Origin: an uncultured Sphaerochaeta sp.
Lineage (GTDB): Bacteria > Spirochaetota > Spirochaetia > Sphaerochaetales > Sphaerochaetaceae
Length of the DNA stretch: 64,000 nucleotides
Reading direction: 5' to 3'
Assembly (NCBI GenBank): GCA_964617345.1
Contig: CAZTXW010000002.1
Coordinates: forward strand, 3,100-67,099
Below, one piece after another: positions 37,114-46,272 of this stretch. The translations under genes were made by a program, and so were the position numbers. The first letter of the stretch is position 1, and each line of letters begins with the position of its first letter. Under the pieces are notes generated by a model. The model searched no databases and was not told the DNA's origin. It saw only the letters and a program-made list of their open reading frames with translations.

Positions 37114-37809
37114 ATGAAAATCATTCTCAATCAGGATGTCGCCAACCTCGGAGAAGAGGGAGACGTAGTAATTGTAAAGGACGGGTATGCCCGTAACTAC
37201 CTGTTGCCTACCAAAGCGGCTGTAATGTACAACAAGACAAACATGTCCTTGTTTGCCGCTCGAGAACGAGCCATTACGAAGCGTAAGAATGAAAAGCGCA
37301 CCCTGGCTTCGGATCTGAAGGCCAAGCTGGACGAGACGACCATCACGTTGGTCCTCTCTGCTGGTGAGAGTGGCAAGCTTTTCGGTTCGGTTACCTCAGC
37401 TATGGTTCAGGAAGAGCTGTCAAAGCTTGGTTTTGAAGTTGAGCGCAAGCGAATTGAAGTCTCCTCCCATACCATCAAGATGGTCGGTACCTATACGGTG
37501 CGTGTCCGCCTGTATGAGGAAGAGAGCGCTGAAGTCACTGTGGTTGTCGAGAGCGAAACCCAGGTAAAGGCCCGTGAGGTCGCTTTAGCAAAGGCTGCGG
37601 CTGAAGAGGCTAAGGCTGCTGCCAAGGCTGCATCCGAAGCCGCCAAGGCCGCCGTTTCTGCTGAAGATGCAAAGGCTGCTGAAAAGGCTGCCAAGCTTGC
37701 AGAACAAGCAGCATCTGATGCACAGGAAGCCTCCAAGGAAGCCGAAATGGTCTCCAAGGGAGCTGAGGCTGCCTCACTAGCTGAAGAAACTGCTAAAGAG
37801 ACCGAGTAA
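37114..37809 (+). CDS. rplI: 50S ribosomal protein L9 with Ala/Glu/Lys-rich C-terminal extension
   Basis: MKIILNQDVANLG..GD...VKDGYARNYLLP, GKLFGSVT. Confidence 0.96.
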   Translation: MKIILNQDVANLGEEGDVVIVKDGYARNYLLPTKAAVMYNKTNMSLFAARERAITKRKNEKRTLASDLKAKLDETTITLVLSAGESGKLFGSVTSAMVQEELSKLGFEVERKRIEVSSHTIKMVGTYTVRVRLYEEESAEVTVVVESETQVKAREVALAKAAAEEAKAAAKAASEAAKAAVSAEDAKAAEKAAKLAEQAASDAQEASKEAEMVSKGAEAASLAEETAKETE

Positions 37810-37813
37810 TAGC

Positions 37814-39199
37814 ATGGCATCGAATAGCATGCTTGGACGCGTTCCCCCTCAAAATGAAGAGGCCGAACGCGCGGTATTAGGTGCAATCCTGCTCAATGAC
37901 AAGGTCCTTGCAGAAGTGACCGACTTCTTGGGCAAGGATGATTTCTACCGGGTTGCACACCAGCAGCTGTTTGGTGCCATCGTTTCCTTTCGCCAGGAGA
38001 GTTCAGAAACCCTCGATCTGATCACCTTGAGTTCGTATCTCAAGGCCAATGACCTGCTCGACAAGTGTGGTGGACTCTCCTACATCTCTACGCTCACCAG
38101 TGATGTCCCTACCACGACCAACGCCGCATACTATGCGAAGATCCTCAAGGCACTGGCCCAGAGACGCAAGCTGTTGCTCTTCTCCTCGAAGCTCAAGGAC
38201 AATGCCTACGACGAGTCGCAGGATATCCAGAAGGTGATCGATGAAGGGGAGCAGGCTCTTTCCAAGCTCAACAACGAGACTGCTGGAAGTGACAACTACT
38301 ACAGCATCAAGGATCTGATAACCACAACCATCAGCGACATTGAGGAGAGAAGCACCACTGGGATAAAGAACGGCTTTGAGACAGCATTCGCCTCCTTGGA
38401 CTCGATAACCGGTGGATTCAAGAAGCAGGAGCTCATTATCGTGGGCGCCCGCCCTTCCATTGGAAAGACGGCCTTCGCCCTCTCCATTGCCCTGAACATG
38501 ATCGTAAAGAAAAAGTACCGGGTAGGGTTCTTCTCCCTTGAGATGAGCGCCTCCTCCCTTATGGAGCGTATGTTGACTGGCCACAGTCGGGTCGACTTCT
38601 CCCATATCCGCAAGGCGACGCTGAAGCATAGCGAGATGAACGCCATCATCGATGCCTCAGGCTCCCTCTATGATGCTGAGTTCTATATCCAGGACACCCC
38701 CAACATGAAACTGATGGAGTTGCGTGCCCAGGCAAGGCGCATGAAACTCGAACGGGACATCCAGATAATCTTTGTGGACTATATCGGTCTCATAGATGCA
38801 GAGGCTGATGCCCGTATACCTCGCCATGAGCAGATATCCATCATCTCCCGCTCGCTGAAGCAGCTTGCCCGTGAACTGGACCTCCCTGTCGTCTGCCTGA
38901 GCCAGGTTGGCCGACAGGCTGATGGGGTTGAGCCCAAGCTAGCAGACCTGCGTGACAGTGGTTCGATCGAACAGGATGCCGACGTAGTCATCCTGCTGCA
39001 TCGCGATGTGGGAAAGAACCGCACCGACGATGAGGAAGAACGACGCAAGAACAATATCCAGGAGACGAAGATCATCATGGCCAAGAACAGAAACGGTGAG
39101 ACCGGTGTATTCTCCTTGGCTTTTGTCAGCAATATTGTCAGATTTGAAGAGATGGAATTCAGCCATAAGTATATCTCCGGGAATAATCCTAACGCCTGA
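37814..39199 (+). CDS. dnaB: Replicative DNA helicase
   Basis: PPQNEEAERAVLG, GARPSIGKT, FSLEM, DYIGL, DLRDSGSIEQDAD, KNRNGETG. Confidence 0.97.
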   Translation: MASNSMLGRVPPQNEEAERAVLGAILLNDKVLAEVTDFLGKDDFYRVAHQQLFGAIVSFRQESSETLDLITLSSYLKANDLLDKCGGLSYISTLTSDVPTTTNAAYYAKILKALAQRRKLLLFSSKLKDNAYDESQDIQKVIDEGEQALSKLNNETAGSDNYYSIKDLITTTISDIEERSTTGIKNGFETAFASLDSITGGFKKQELIIVGARPSIGKTAFALSIALNMIVKKKYRVGFFSLEMSASSLMERMLTGHSRVDFSHIRKATLKHSEMNAIIDASGSLYDAEFYIQDTPNMKLMELRAQARRMKLERDIQIIFVDYIGLIDAEADARIPRHEQISIISRSLKQLARELDLPVVCLSQVGRQADGVEPKLADLRDSGSIEQDADVVILLHRDVGKNRTDDEEERRKNNIQETKIIMAKNRNGETGVFSLAFVSNIVRFEEMEFSHKYISGNNPNA

Positions 39200-40571
39200 T
39201 CGAGAGGAAGTGGAGCATATCCGCATATCCCAGAAAGACAAAGATACCAATAATGATGCCAATGCCGACCAATTGGAGGATCCAATAGGTCCTTGGCTGT
39301 ATATGCTTGCCTGAAACCCATTCGAAAAGGGCCGTCAGGACCTGCCCCCCATCAAAAGCGGGCAGGGGAATCAGGTTGGCAATGCCCAGCGAGATACTCA
39401 CCACCCCCAAGAGATACCACAGCGCCCTGAAGCCGCTGCCTGCATCGCTCTCCAGCCCCAATGCAGTTATGTCCCCGATCATAAGGGCTGCCCTGGCAGC
39501 GCCTGTGACCTCCTGGCGGATATTGCTGCTCTCCCCGCTGATGAGCAGGATCACTGAGGAAAGGGTATCCTTGGCCGTCTTGACGGTGGTTTCCCAACCT
39601 TTGATGAGACTGAATGGATGATCCTCCACCGACCTGCTCTCACTGGCGAGGGAAAAGTTCCACTCACCCTTTCCTTGTTCGTTCAGATCAGGTCGGAATG
39701 AGATATGTCTCTGCTCACCCTCTCTTTGTACCAGCAGCTCTGTCTCATCCGTATCACTTGCAAGAGCAAGCAGGAGATCGAGGTCATGGAAAACGGGCTG
39801 TCCATTTGCCCTGATGATGCGATCCCCTTTCTGGAGGCCGGCATCCCTCTCCGGTGTAGCTGGACGTACACTGCCTACGACGGGCTCTCGAAGAACAGAG
39901 ATACCGTAGCGGACACCCCCATCACTCTTTTCTCCCTCTATGGGTAGATTCAGCGTCTCACCCGAACGTTCGATGGTAAACACCTGCTTGCCTTCACTCA
40001 CAGAGAGGATTTCTTCCAACTCTTCCCAGTCCCTGATCGCCTCCCCTTGCAACGAGAGCACCTTGTCCCCACTGAGCAGACCCTGTTCAAAAGCAGGGCT
40101 GGATGCATCTGCAAAGAGGGTGGGGTAGTCGTTGATGGTTGCTATGACAGGCTCGGTCGAGAGGACACTGTAGGGCAGGGAAGCGAGGGTGGCGTAGAGC
40201 AATATGGCAAACACCAGATTGAACAATGGTCCTGCGATATAGGTGACTATCCTCTTTGCAGGATGTACGGAAAAAAGCGACCCATGCTCAACATGGGTGA
40301 AGCTTGTCTCCTTGTGCAGAAGGGCCTGGCTGAGGTCATCAGATCCCTTGAGTCGGCAGTAGCCACCGAAGGGTAGGGCGCTGAGCCTGAACTCCGTTCC
40401 CTTGTAGACCCTTCCCCAGAGTTTGGGTCCCAGGCCAAAGGAGAATACCTCAACATCGATACCACAGGCTCGTGCTGAGACAAGATGGCCCAACTCGTGG
40501 ATGACAACCACCAGACCAATACCCAATAGTCCTATGAGGTATTTGCCGATGAGTATCACTAGAGTGCTCAT
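39189..40571 (-). CDS. rseP: RIP metalloprotease RseP with PDZ domains
   Basis: IHELGH, PFGGYC, AGPLFN, NLIPLPAFDGG. Confidence 0.94.
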   Translation of the reverse strand: MSTLVILIGKYLIGLLGIGLVVVIHELGHLVSARACGIDVEVFSFGLGPKLWGRVYKGTEFRLSALPFGGYCRLKGSDDLSQALLHKETSFTHVEHGSLFSVHPAKRIVTYIAGPLFNLVFAILLYATLASLPYSVLSTEPVIATINDYPTLFADASSPAFEQGLLSGDKVLSLQGEAIRDWEELEEILSVSEGKQVFTIERSGETLNLPIEGEKSDGGVRYGISVLREPVVGSVRPATPERDAGLQKGDRIIRANGQPVFHDLDLLLALASDTDETELLVQREGEQRHISFRPDLNEQGKGEWNFSLASESRSVEDHPFSLIKGWETTVKTAKDTLSSVILLISGESSNIRQEVTGAARAALMIGDITALGLESDAGSGFRALWYLLGVVSISLGIANLIPLPAFDGGQVLTALFEWVSGKHIQPRTYWILQLVGIGIIIGIFVFLGYADMLHFLSIRR

Positions 40572-41674
40572 AGGTAGCTTCTTGTCAACTCTCTCGCTTC
40601 CCTATCGAGGGCGAGGGTCTCCTCATACGAAGAGGGTGCATGCTCCCAAGGCTTTTCCAGGGTCTTTTCTATCGCCCTGATCATCTGGGGGTAGGTGCAC
40701 TTCCTGTCGAGGAAGGTGTGTACGGCAACCTCATCGGCGGCATTGAAGGCCAAAGCTGAGCTGCCTTTCCTCTGTAGGATGGAAAAGGCCAGGGCGAGCA
40801 GGGGAAAGCGTTGCAGATCGGGTTTCTCAAAGGTGAGGGTGAGGTTGGTGAAGTCCAGGGGAAGCACCAGGTCCTTTCCCTGGTCAGTGAGCGCATTGAC
40901 GATGGGAAGGGTCATGTCAGGTCTGCCCATCTGGGCATAGACAGCTCCATCGCGTGTACGGATCATGGAGTGGACAATTGACTGGGGGTGGATGACCACC
41001 TCGATACTCTCAGGGGGAAGGTCGAAAAGATAGGAAGCCTCGATGACCTCAAGGGCCTTGTTTGCCAGGGTAGCGCTGTCCACTGAGATCTTCCTGCCCA
41101 TCTTCCAGGTAGGGTGGGCGAGGGCCTGCTCTACGGTTATGTGAGCAAAATCATCCTTGGGGAGGGTTCTGAACGGTCCCCCGCTACCGGTTAGGATCAG
41201 GGAGGCGATCTTTTCAGCTTTCCGGCCCCTGATAAGTTCGGCGATGGCGCTGTGTTCGCTGTCTACGGCTATGATCCGGCTGTGATGCGCTTTGGCAAGG
41301 GCAAACAGATAGGAGCCTCCGCATACGATGCTCTCCTTGTTGGCCAAGGCGAGGTCGAAGCCCTGTTCAAGGGAGAGAAGCGAAGCCTCAAGACCTGCGA
41401 AGCCTGCGATGCCATTGAGCACAATGTCTGCATCGAGGGAGGAGAGCATCTTGCTGAGGGTGGTGAAGGTGGTGATGTGGGGATAGGTGCCGGCCTCCTT
41501 TGCGGTAAGGCAGATGGAGGTGCAATCGAGTTCCCTGGCAAGAGAGAGCAGTGCCTCCTCATTGCTGTGGGCAGAAAGGCCCACTACAGTGACGGCCATC
41601 TTCTTGTCGCGGATCGCCGCTATGGCAGTGGTTCCGATGCTGCCGGTGCAGCCTAGGATGACAACCCTTTTCAT
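40568..41674 (-). CDS. dxr: 1-deoxy-D-xylulose-5-phosphate reductoisomerase
   Basis: LGCTGSIG, LANKES, VDSEHSAI, HPTWKMGRKISVDSAT, HPQSIVHS. Confidence 0.96.
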   Translation of the reverse strand: MKRVVILGCTGSIGTTAIAAIRDKKMAVTVVGLSAHSNEEALLSLARELDCTSICLTAKEAGTYPHITTFTTLSKMLSSLDADIVLNGIAGFAGLEASLLSLEQGFDLALANKESIVCGGSYLFALAKAHHSRIIAVDSEHSAIAELIRGRKAEKIASLILTGSGGPFRTLPKDDFAHITVEQALAHPTWKMGRKISVDSATLANKALEVIEASYLFDLPPESIEVVIHPQSIVHSMIRTRDGAVYAQMGRPDMTLPIVNALTDQGKDLVLPLDFTNLTLTFEKPDLQRFPLLALAFSILQRKGSSALAFNAADEVAVHTFLDRKCTYPQMIRAIEKTLEKPWEHAPSSYEETLALDREARELTRSYL

Positions 41675-41677
41675 GGC

Positions 41678-42517
41678 TTACAACAGGGTCAGCAGCAACC
41701 AGTACACAGGGGCGCTGGCGAGCATGGAGTCTATGGAGTCCAACAGTCCCCCTCTTCCGGGGATGAGGTGCCCGCTATCCTTTACCTTAGCCGCACGTTT
41801 GAATGCACTTTCGATAAGGTCGCCGATATTTGCACTGACACTGGTCAAGAAGCCCAGCAGCAGAGCCTGTGGGACGCTTACCATCTCCCGTACCCCGGGG
41901 TAGAAGAGGCAGAATGCAACAGCGAGTAGGACAGAGCTCAGCGTTCCCCCCAAAAAGCCTGCGATGCTCTTGTTTGGGCTGACCTTGATGAGACCCTTGT
42001 TGTTCTTTCCCAGGGACATGCCAAACAGGAAGGCGAACACGTCATTGCCAAAGACAAGCAGGAAAAAGAGCAACAGGAAGGCTGATGCATGACTTAGGGC
42101 TGTCAAGCGCATGATGAAGGTCAACAGGAGCCCTGGGTAGATAAGCAGGAGGCTTGCCCCGCCTATGCGGGAGAAGGTCTTGGCATACTCATCCTTGGGG
42201 CCGGATATGAGTTCTGTCGTATATATTGCCAGAGCCATGACAACGAGGGTCAGCTCGAGCAGGGGAAGCTGGGGGAAGAATGCAATTTCCAGCCATTGGG
42301 CGAAGGGCAGCAGGGCTGCCGTCCACGAGGGAAAGTTGATATGGGCTCCCTCAGCCTTGCAGTAGAGCTCCTTGAGCTCCATGGTGGCGAGGGCGGTGGT
42401 GAGCATGGCTACCAGGGCAAGGGCAAGAAACCCATAGTAGGGCAAAAAGAAGATGATAGAAAAAAGTGCTGGCACTGCAATGACCGTAGTCAGAATCCTA
42501 TTACTCAGTGAACTCAT
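41678..42517 (-). CDS. cdsA: Phosphatidate cytidylyltransferase
   Basis: SPNKS..GF.GG, GDLIESAFKR..VKDSG.LIPGRGGLLDSIDS. Confidence 0.94.
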   Translation of the reverse strand: MSSLSNRILTTVIAVPALFSIIFFLPYYGFLALALVAMLTTALATMELKELYCKAEGAHINFPSWTAALLPFAQWLEIAFFPQLPLLELTLVVMALAIYTTELISGPKDEYAKTFSRIGGASLLLIYPGLLLTFIMRLTALSHASAFLLLFFLLVFGNDVFAFLFGMSLGKNNKGLIKVSPNKSIAGFLGGTLSSVLLAVAFCLFYPGVREMVSVPQALLLGFLTSVSANIGDLIESAFKRAAKVKDSGHLIPGRGGLLDSIDSMLASAPVYWLLLTLL

Positions 42518-43212
42518 TCTACCCCCCCGAACTTACGAACCCTCAGAGCGTAATCCTTGCAGACCGCCTGCACATCCTCCGCTTTCCAGTCAGGCCAGAG
42601 CTTCTCATAAAATCCAAGCTCGGCATAGGCACTGTCCCACAGCAGGAAATTGCTCAGACGCCTTTCGTTTGCGCTACGTACTATCATATCGACAGGGGGT
42701 ACCTGGGGCAAGTCCAAATGGGAACGAATGTCTTGCTCACACAGAATCTTTTGGGGGTCTTCGGCCAGGCAGCGATTGACTGAGCGGCAGATCTCATTCT
42801 GCCCGCCATAGTTGATGGCAAGGATGCAATTGATGCTGGTATTGTTCTCTGTTGCCTTGACCGTAGAGGCTATGACCTCCTGCACGTCCTTTGGCAGTCC
42901 CTCAAGGTCCCCACAGACGAGGACTCGTATTCCATGCTTGTGGTAAAACCCAAGTTCCCCATGGAGCTTTGCGACCAGGACATGCATGAGGTAGGATACC
43001 TCCTGCTTGCTTCGTTTCCAGTTCTCTGTGGAAAACACATAGAAGGTAACAAACCCGATGCCGAGCACCGAGGCTTCCTTGATGACTCGCTTGAGAGCCT
43101 TGAGGCCCTCAAGATGGCCAGCGGTACGGGGGAGGGCACGTTTCTGTGCCCATCTCCCATTCCCATCCATAATGATGCCTAGGTGCTTGGGGACAACGGG
43201 TGTAGCTTCCAT
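42514..43212 (-). CDS. uppS: Undecaprenyl diphosphate synthase
   Basis: IIMDGNGRWA, FSTENWKR, NYGG, RLSNFLLW, RKFGG. Confidence 0.96.
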   Translation of the reverse strand: MEATPVVPKHLGIIMDGNGRWAQKRALPRTAGHLEGLKALKRVIKEASVLGIGFVTFYVFSTENWKRSKQEVSYLMHVLVAKLHGELGFYHKHGIRVLVCGDLEGLPKDVQEVIASTVKATENNTSINCILAINYGGQNEICRSVNRCLAEDPQKILCEQDIRSHLDLPQVPPVDMIVRSANERRLSNFLLWDSAYAELGFYEKLWPDWKAEDVQAVCKDYALRVRKFGGVE

Positions 43213-43767
43213 CTAGATCTCCATGATCTCCTTCTCTTTCGCATCGGAAAGTGTTCCCACCTCAATGCTATAGGAGTCAGTCAGTTTCTGGATTTCAGCC
43301 TCTCCATCCTTTTGTTGGTCTTCACTGATATCTCCGGCCTTTTGCATTTTCTTCAGCTCATCCATAGCTTCCCGGCGAACGTTGCGGATCGCAACCTTTG
43401 TCTGCTCAGCGGTAGCCTTAGCAGTTTTTACCAGGGTCTTTCTCCTCTCCTCATTCAAGGGGGGGAAGTTGAGACGAATCAGCTTCCCGTCATTGTTGGG
43501 AGGCAGGCCGAGGTCACTCTTGAGAATAGCCTTCTCGATAGCGGAGAGGACACTCTTGTCCCATGGCTGGATGACGATCATCCTGGCTTCCGGAACACTG
43601 ATGGTGGCAACCTGGTTGAGAGGAGTCTCGTTACCGTAGTATTCGACACGAATCTTATCCAAGAGGGAAACGGAAGCACGTCCGGTTCTCAAGGAGGAAA
43701 AGTCCTTCTCAAGACTTTCAAGACTTTTTTTCATTTTGCTTTCGCAAGTTTCTAATACCTGTAGCAT
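43213..43767 (-). CDS. frr: Ribosome recycling factor
   Basis: RTGRAS, IQPWDK, PPLNEERR, RNVRRE. Start ATG 43767 with GGAG. Confidence 0.96.
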   Translation of the reverse strand: MLQVLETCESKMKKSLESLEKDFSSLRTGRASVSLLDKIRVEYYGNETPLNQVATISVPEARMIVIQPWDKSVLSAIEKAILKSDLGLPPNNDGKLIRLNFPPLNEERRKTLVKTAKATAEQTKVAIRNVRREAMDELKKMQKAGDISEDQQKDGEAEIQKLTDSYSIEVGTLSDAKEKEIMEI

Positions 43768-43784
43768 ACAAATCTCCAATAGGA

Positions 43785-43810
43785 CAACCGCTCACAAGTG
43801 TGAGCGGTTG
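43785..43810. repeat. Perfect inverted repeat in the tsf-frr intergenic region
   Basis: CAACCGCTCACA-AG-TGTGAGCGGTTG. Confidence 0.8.
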
Positions 43811-43827
43811 GAATGAATCGATGAACG

Positions 43828-44679
43828 TCAGACTTCGCAGGAAGCGGAACCGGCGATGACGTAGGTGAAATCAGTAATTTCAAGAGTTCCACCGGCTGCC
43901 TTGCCGATTTCCTTGGCTTTCTGTTCCACGGTAACAGAGTCATCCTTGACGAACTTCTGCTGGAGGAAACAAATCTCTGCAAGGTGCTTGCTGAGCTTGC
44001 CTTTGACGATCCCCTCAACAACCTTTGCCGGCTTGTCAAGCAGTGCTGCCTGGGCGGTAAAGATTTCGCTCTGCTCTGCAATATAGGCAGGGTCGACTTT
44101 TGAGGTGGTGAGGTAGGAAGGAGTGAAGGCAGCGACGTGCAGGGCACAGTCGTTTGCAAATTCCTTAACTGCCTCATCATTGGCGAGAGAAGGTTTGTCG
44201 GTCTTGAATGTTACGACAACACCGAGCGATCCTTCGCCATGGACATAGCTGGATGCAAATTCATTATCACCGAGGGGGATGACAATGACCTGCTTGAGGG
44301 ACATGTTCTCCTTGATGACAGTGATCAGGTCATTGACCATGCCATTGAGCTCATCGTTGACTCCGGTGTAGCCATGTTCGATTACAGCGGTGCAGATATT
44401 CTCCCCAAGTTCAGCAAACTGGGCGTTCCCAGCCACAAAGTCGGTCTCACAGGAGAGCTGTACGATCACAGCCTTGTCGGCGGTGACCCTTACACAGACA
44501 CGACCGTTGTTGGTCGCCCGATCCTGTCTCTTGGCGATGGCAGCTAGGCCCATCTCCTTGAGAAACTTGTTGGCAGCATCGAAGTCACCATTGCTCTTCA
44601 TCAGTGCCTTCTTACAATCCATCATGCCAGCGCCTGTGGCGTCACGCAATCTTTTTACGTCTTCAGCTGTTATAGCCAT
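43828..44679 (-). CDS. tsf: Elongation factor Ts
   Basis: VKRLRDATGAGMMDCKKAL, CETDFVA. Start MAITA with AAGGAG. Confidence 0.96.
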   Translation of the reverse strand: MAITAEDVKRLRDATGAGMMDCKKALMKSNGDFDAANKFLKEMGLAAIAKRQDRATNNGRVCVRVTADKAVIVQLSCETDFVAGNAQFAELGENICTAVIEHGYTGVNDELNGMVNDLITVIKENMSLKQVIVIPLGDNEFASSYVHGEGSLGVVVTFKTDKPSLANDEAVKEFANDCALHVAAFTPSYLTTSKVDPAYIAEQSEIFTAQAALLDKPAKVVEGIVKGKLSKHLAEICFLQQKFVKDDSVTVEQKAKEIGKAAGGTLEITDFTYVIAGSASCEV

Positions 44680-44689
44680 ATTTTGCTCC

Positions 44690-45595
44690 TTAGTCCTCGT
44701 AGAGGGTCTCTTCGTCGACGGTGATAGCACTCTTGTCGTCAGCGACCTCTTCCTCTACAACGGGCTCGGTCACCTTGGCTTTCTTTTCTACAAAATCGGT
44801 GATCTCTGCACCCTCTTCAGTGGAGAAGACAACCTCTTCATCAACTTCCTCTACCACTTCCTCCTCGACAGTCTCCTCGTCATTTCCGAGAGTCTCGATG
44901 ATCTGGATTCCGGCTTCGTTGTCAGCATCGATTACCGCATTGGCAATGATTTCGACAAACAGGCTGATGGCACGTATGGCGTCATCATTTCCTGGGATGG
45001 GATAGGTGATGTCTGTGGGATCACAGTTTGTATCCACGACAGCAATTACCGGGATACCAAGGCGCTTGGCCTCTGCTACAGCAATAGCTTCCTTCTTGGT
45101 GTCAATGATGAAGATTGCTCCGGGCAGGTCCTTCATGTCCTTGATGCCGCCAAGGTTCTTCTCAAGCTTGATCTTCTGCTTGGTAAGCAGGGAGACTTCT
45201 TTCTTGGTCAGGGATTCAAAGGTGCCATCATTTTCCATCTTCTCAATCTTCTTGAGGGTGGAGATGGACTTCTTGATGGTTGAGAAGTTGGTCAGCATAC
45301 CGCCGAGCCAACGGTTGTTGATGTAGGGCATTCCACAGCGCTTTGCTTCAGCTTCAATAGCCTGCTGAGCCTGCTTCTTGGTGCCGACAAACAGGATGGT
45401 CTTGCCCTGTTTTACTACTGCACGAACTGCGTCGTACGCTTCAACGATACAAGCAGAGGTCTTCTGCAAGTCAATGATATGGATTCCATTTCTCTGGCTG
45501 AAAATAAAACGAGCCATCTTGGGATTCCATCTTTTGGTCTGGTGACCGAAATGCACGCCTGATTCTAGCAGGCTTTTCATGGTTACTACGGACAT
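44690..45595 (-). CDS. rpsB: 30S ribosomal protein S2 with acidic C-terminal tail
   Basis: [38 protein letters not shown]. Start MSVVT with AGGAGG. Confidence 0.97.
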   Translation of the reverse strand: MSVVTMKSLLESGVHFGHQTKRWNPKMARFIFSQRNGIHIIDLQKTSACIVEAYDAVRAVVKQGKTILFVGTKKQAQQAIEAEAKRCGMPYINNRWLGGMLTNFSTIKKSISTLKKIEKMENDGTFESLTKKEVSLLTKQKIKLEKNLGGIKDMKDLPGAIFIIDTKKEAIAVAEAKRLGIPVIAVVDTNCDPTDITYPIPGNDDAIRAISLFVEIIANAVIDADNEAGIQIIETLGNDEETVEEEVVEEVDEEVVFSTEEGAEITDFVEKKAKVTEPVVEEEVADDKSAITVDEETLYED

Positions 45596-45681
45596 AATCC
45601 TCCTGTCTGACAACACAGCTCACGCTGGTGTGTCACCCTTCATCTATTACTCACCCCCGCAGGGGCGGATATTCTGCGCCA

Positions 45682-46272
45682 TCACAAACGGGCACAGTTG
45701 CGCTCAAGTATTTCAGAAATCTGGAGGAGTGGCAACCCTATTACCGTTGCAATATCTCCTCTGATGCTCTGTACAAGCTCTTTTCCTCGCTCCTGGATCC
45801 TGTAGGAGCCAGCAGCCCCCCTCCACTCGCCAAGGTCGAGGTACTCTTCGATGGTCCTCTCGTCCAGGTCCTTGAACAGGACAGTTGCCTCGTCAAAGCC
45901 ATCATAGAGGGTGTCGTTGAACCAAAGGGCCCATCCCGAGTGAACACTCTGGGCCTTGGCACTCTGAAACTGCAGCTGGGCCTTGGCTTCCTTTCGATTT
46001 GCAGGCTTGCCCAGCAGCATACCGTCGCACCAGACGAGGGTATCACACGTAAGGACAGCTCCTTCATACCGGCGGTGGACGCTCCTATACCCCTCCATCT
46101 TGCGCAGGGCCAGGAGATGGACGGCTTTAGCCGGATCTGTTTCCTGGTGGCTTTCATCGCAGCGGGTAGGCTCGACGGTGACCGTTAGGCCCATCTCCTC
46201 CAACAGCTTCTTGCGTGCTATCGACTGGGAGGCGAGTACTACACTGGGTAAAAAATCATCAAGCTTGGCCAA
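45682..46272 (-). CDS. maf: Maf-family nucleoside triphosphate pyrophosphatase
   Basis: VLASQS..RK.LL, CDTLV...LGKP, AGSYRIQ, VIGLPL. Probable TTG start at 46272 with GGAG; the longer ORF overlaps the ABC-F gene. Confidence 0.88.
   Translation of the reverse strand: MAKLDDFLPSVVLASQSIARKKLLEEMGLTVTVEPTRCDESHQETDPAKAVHLLALRKMEGYRSVHRRYEGAVLTCDTLVWCDGMLLGKPANRKEAKAQLQFQSAKAQSVHSGWALWFNDTLYDGFDEATVLFKDLDERTIEEYLDLGEWRGAAGSYRIQERGKELVQSIRGDIATVIGLPLLQISEILERNCARL

Noticed and set aside
43768-43827. Absence of pyrH between tsf and frr; lac-operator-like TGTGAGCGG in the spacer
   Set aside because: Spirochaetes commonly carry pyrH elsewhere. The half-sites are in the opposite arrangement to lacO and the flanks are native, so vector contamination is unsupported.
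45596-45681. Possible S2 autoregulatory leader upstream of rpsB
   Set aside because: It is GC-rich with possible stems, but I could not match a defined structure by eye; a covariance-model search is needed.
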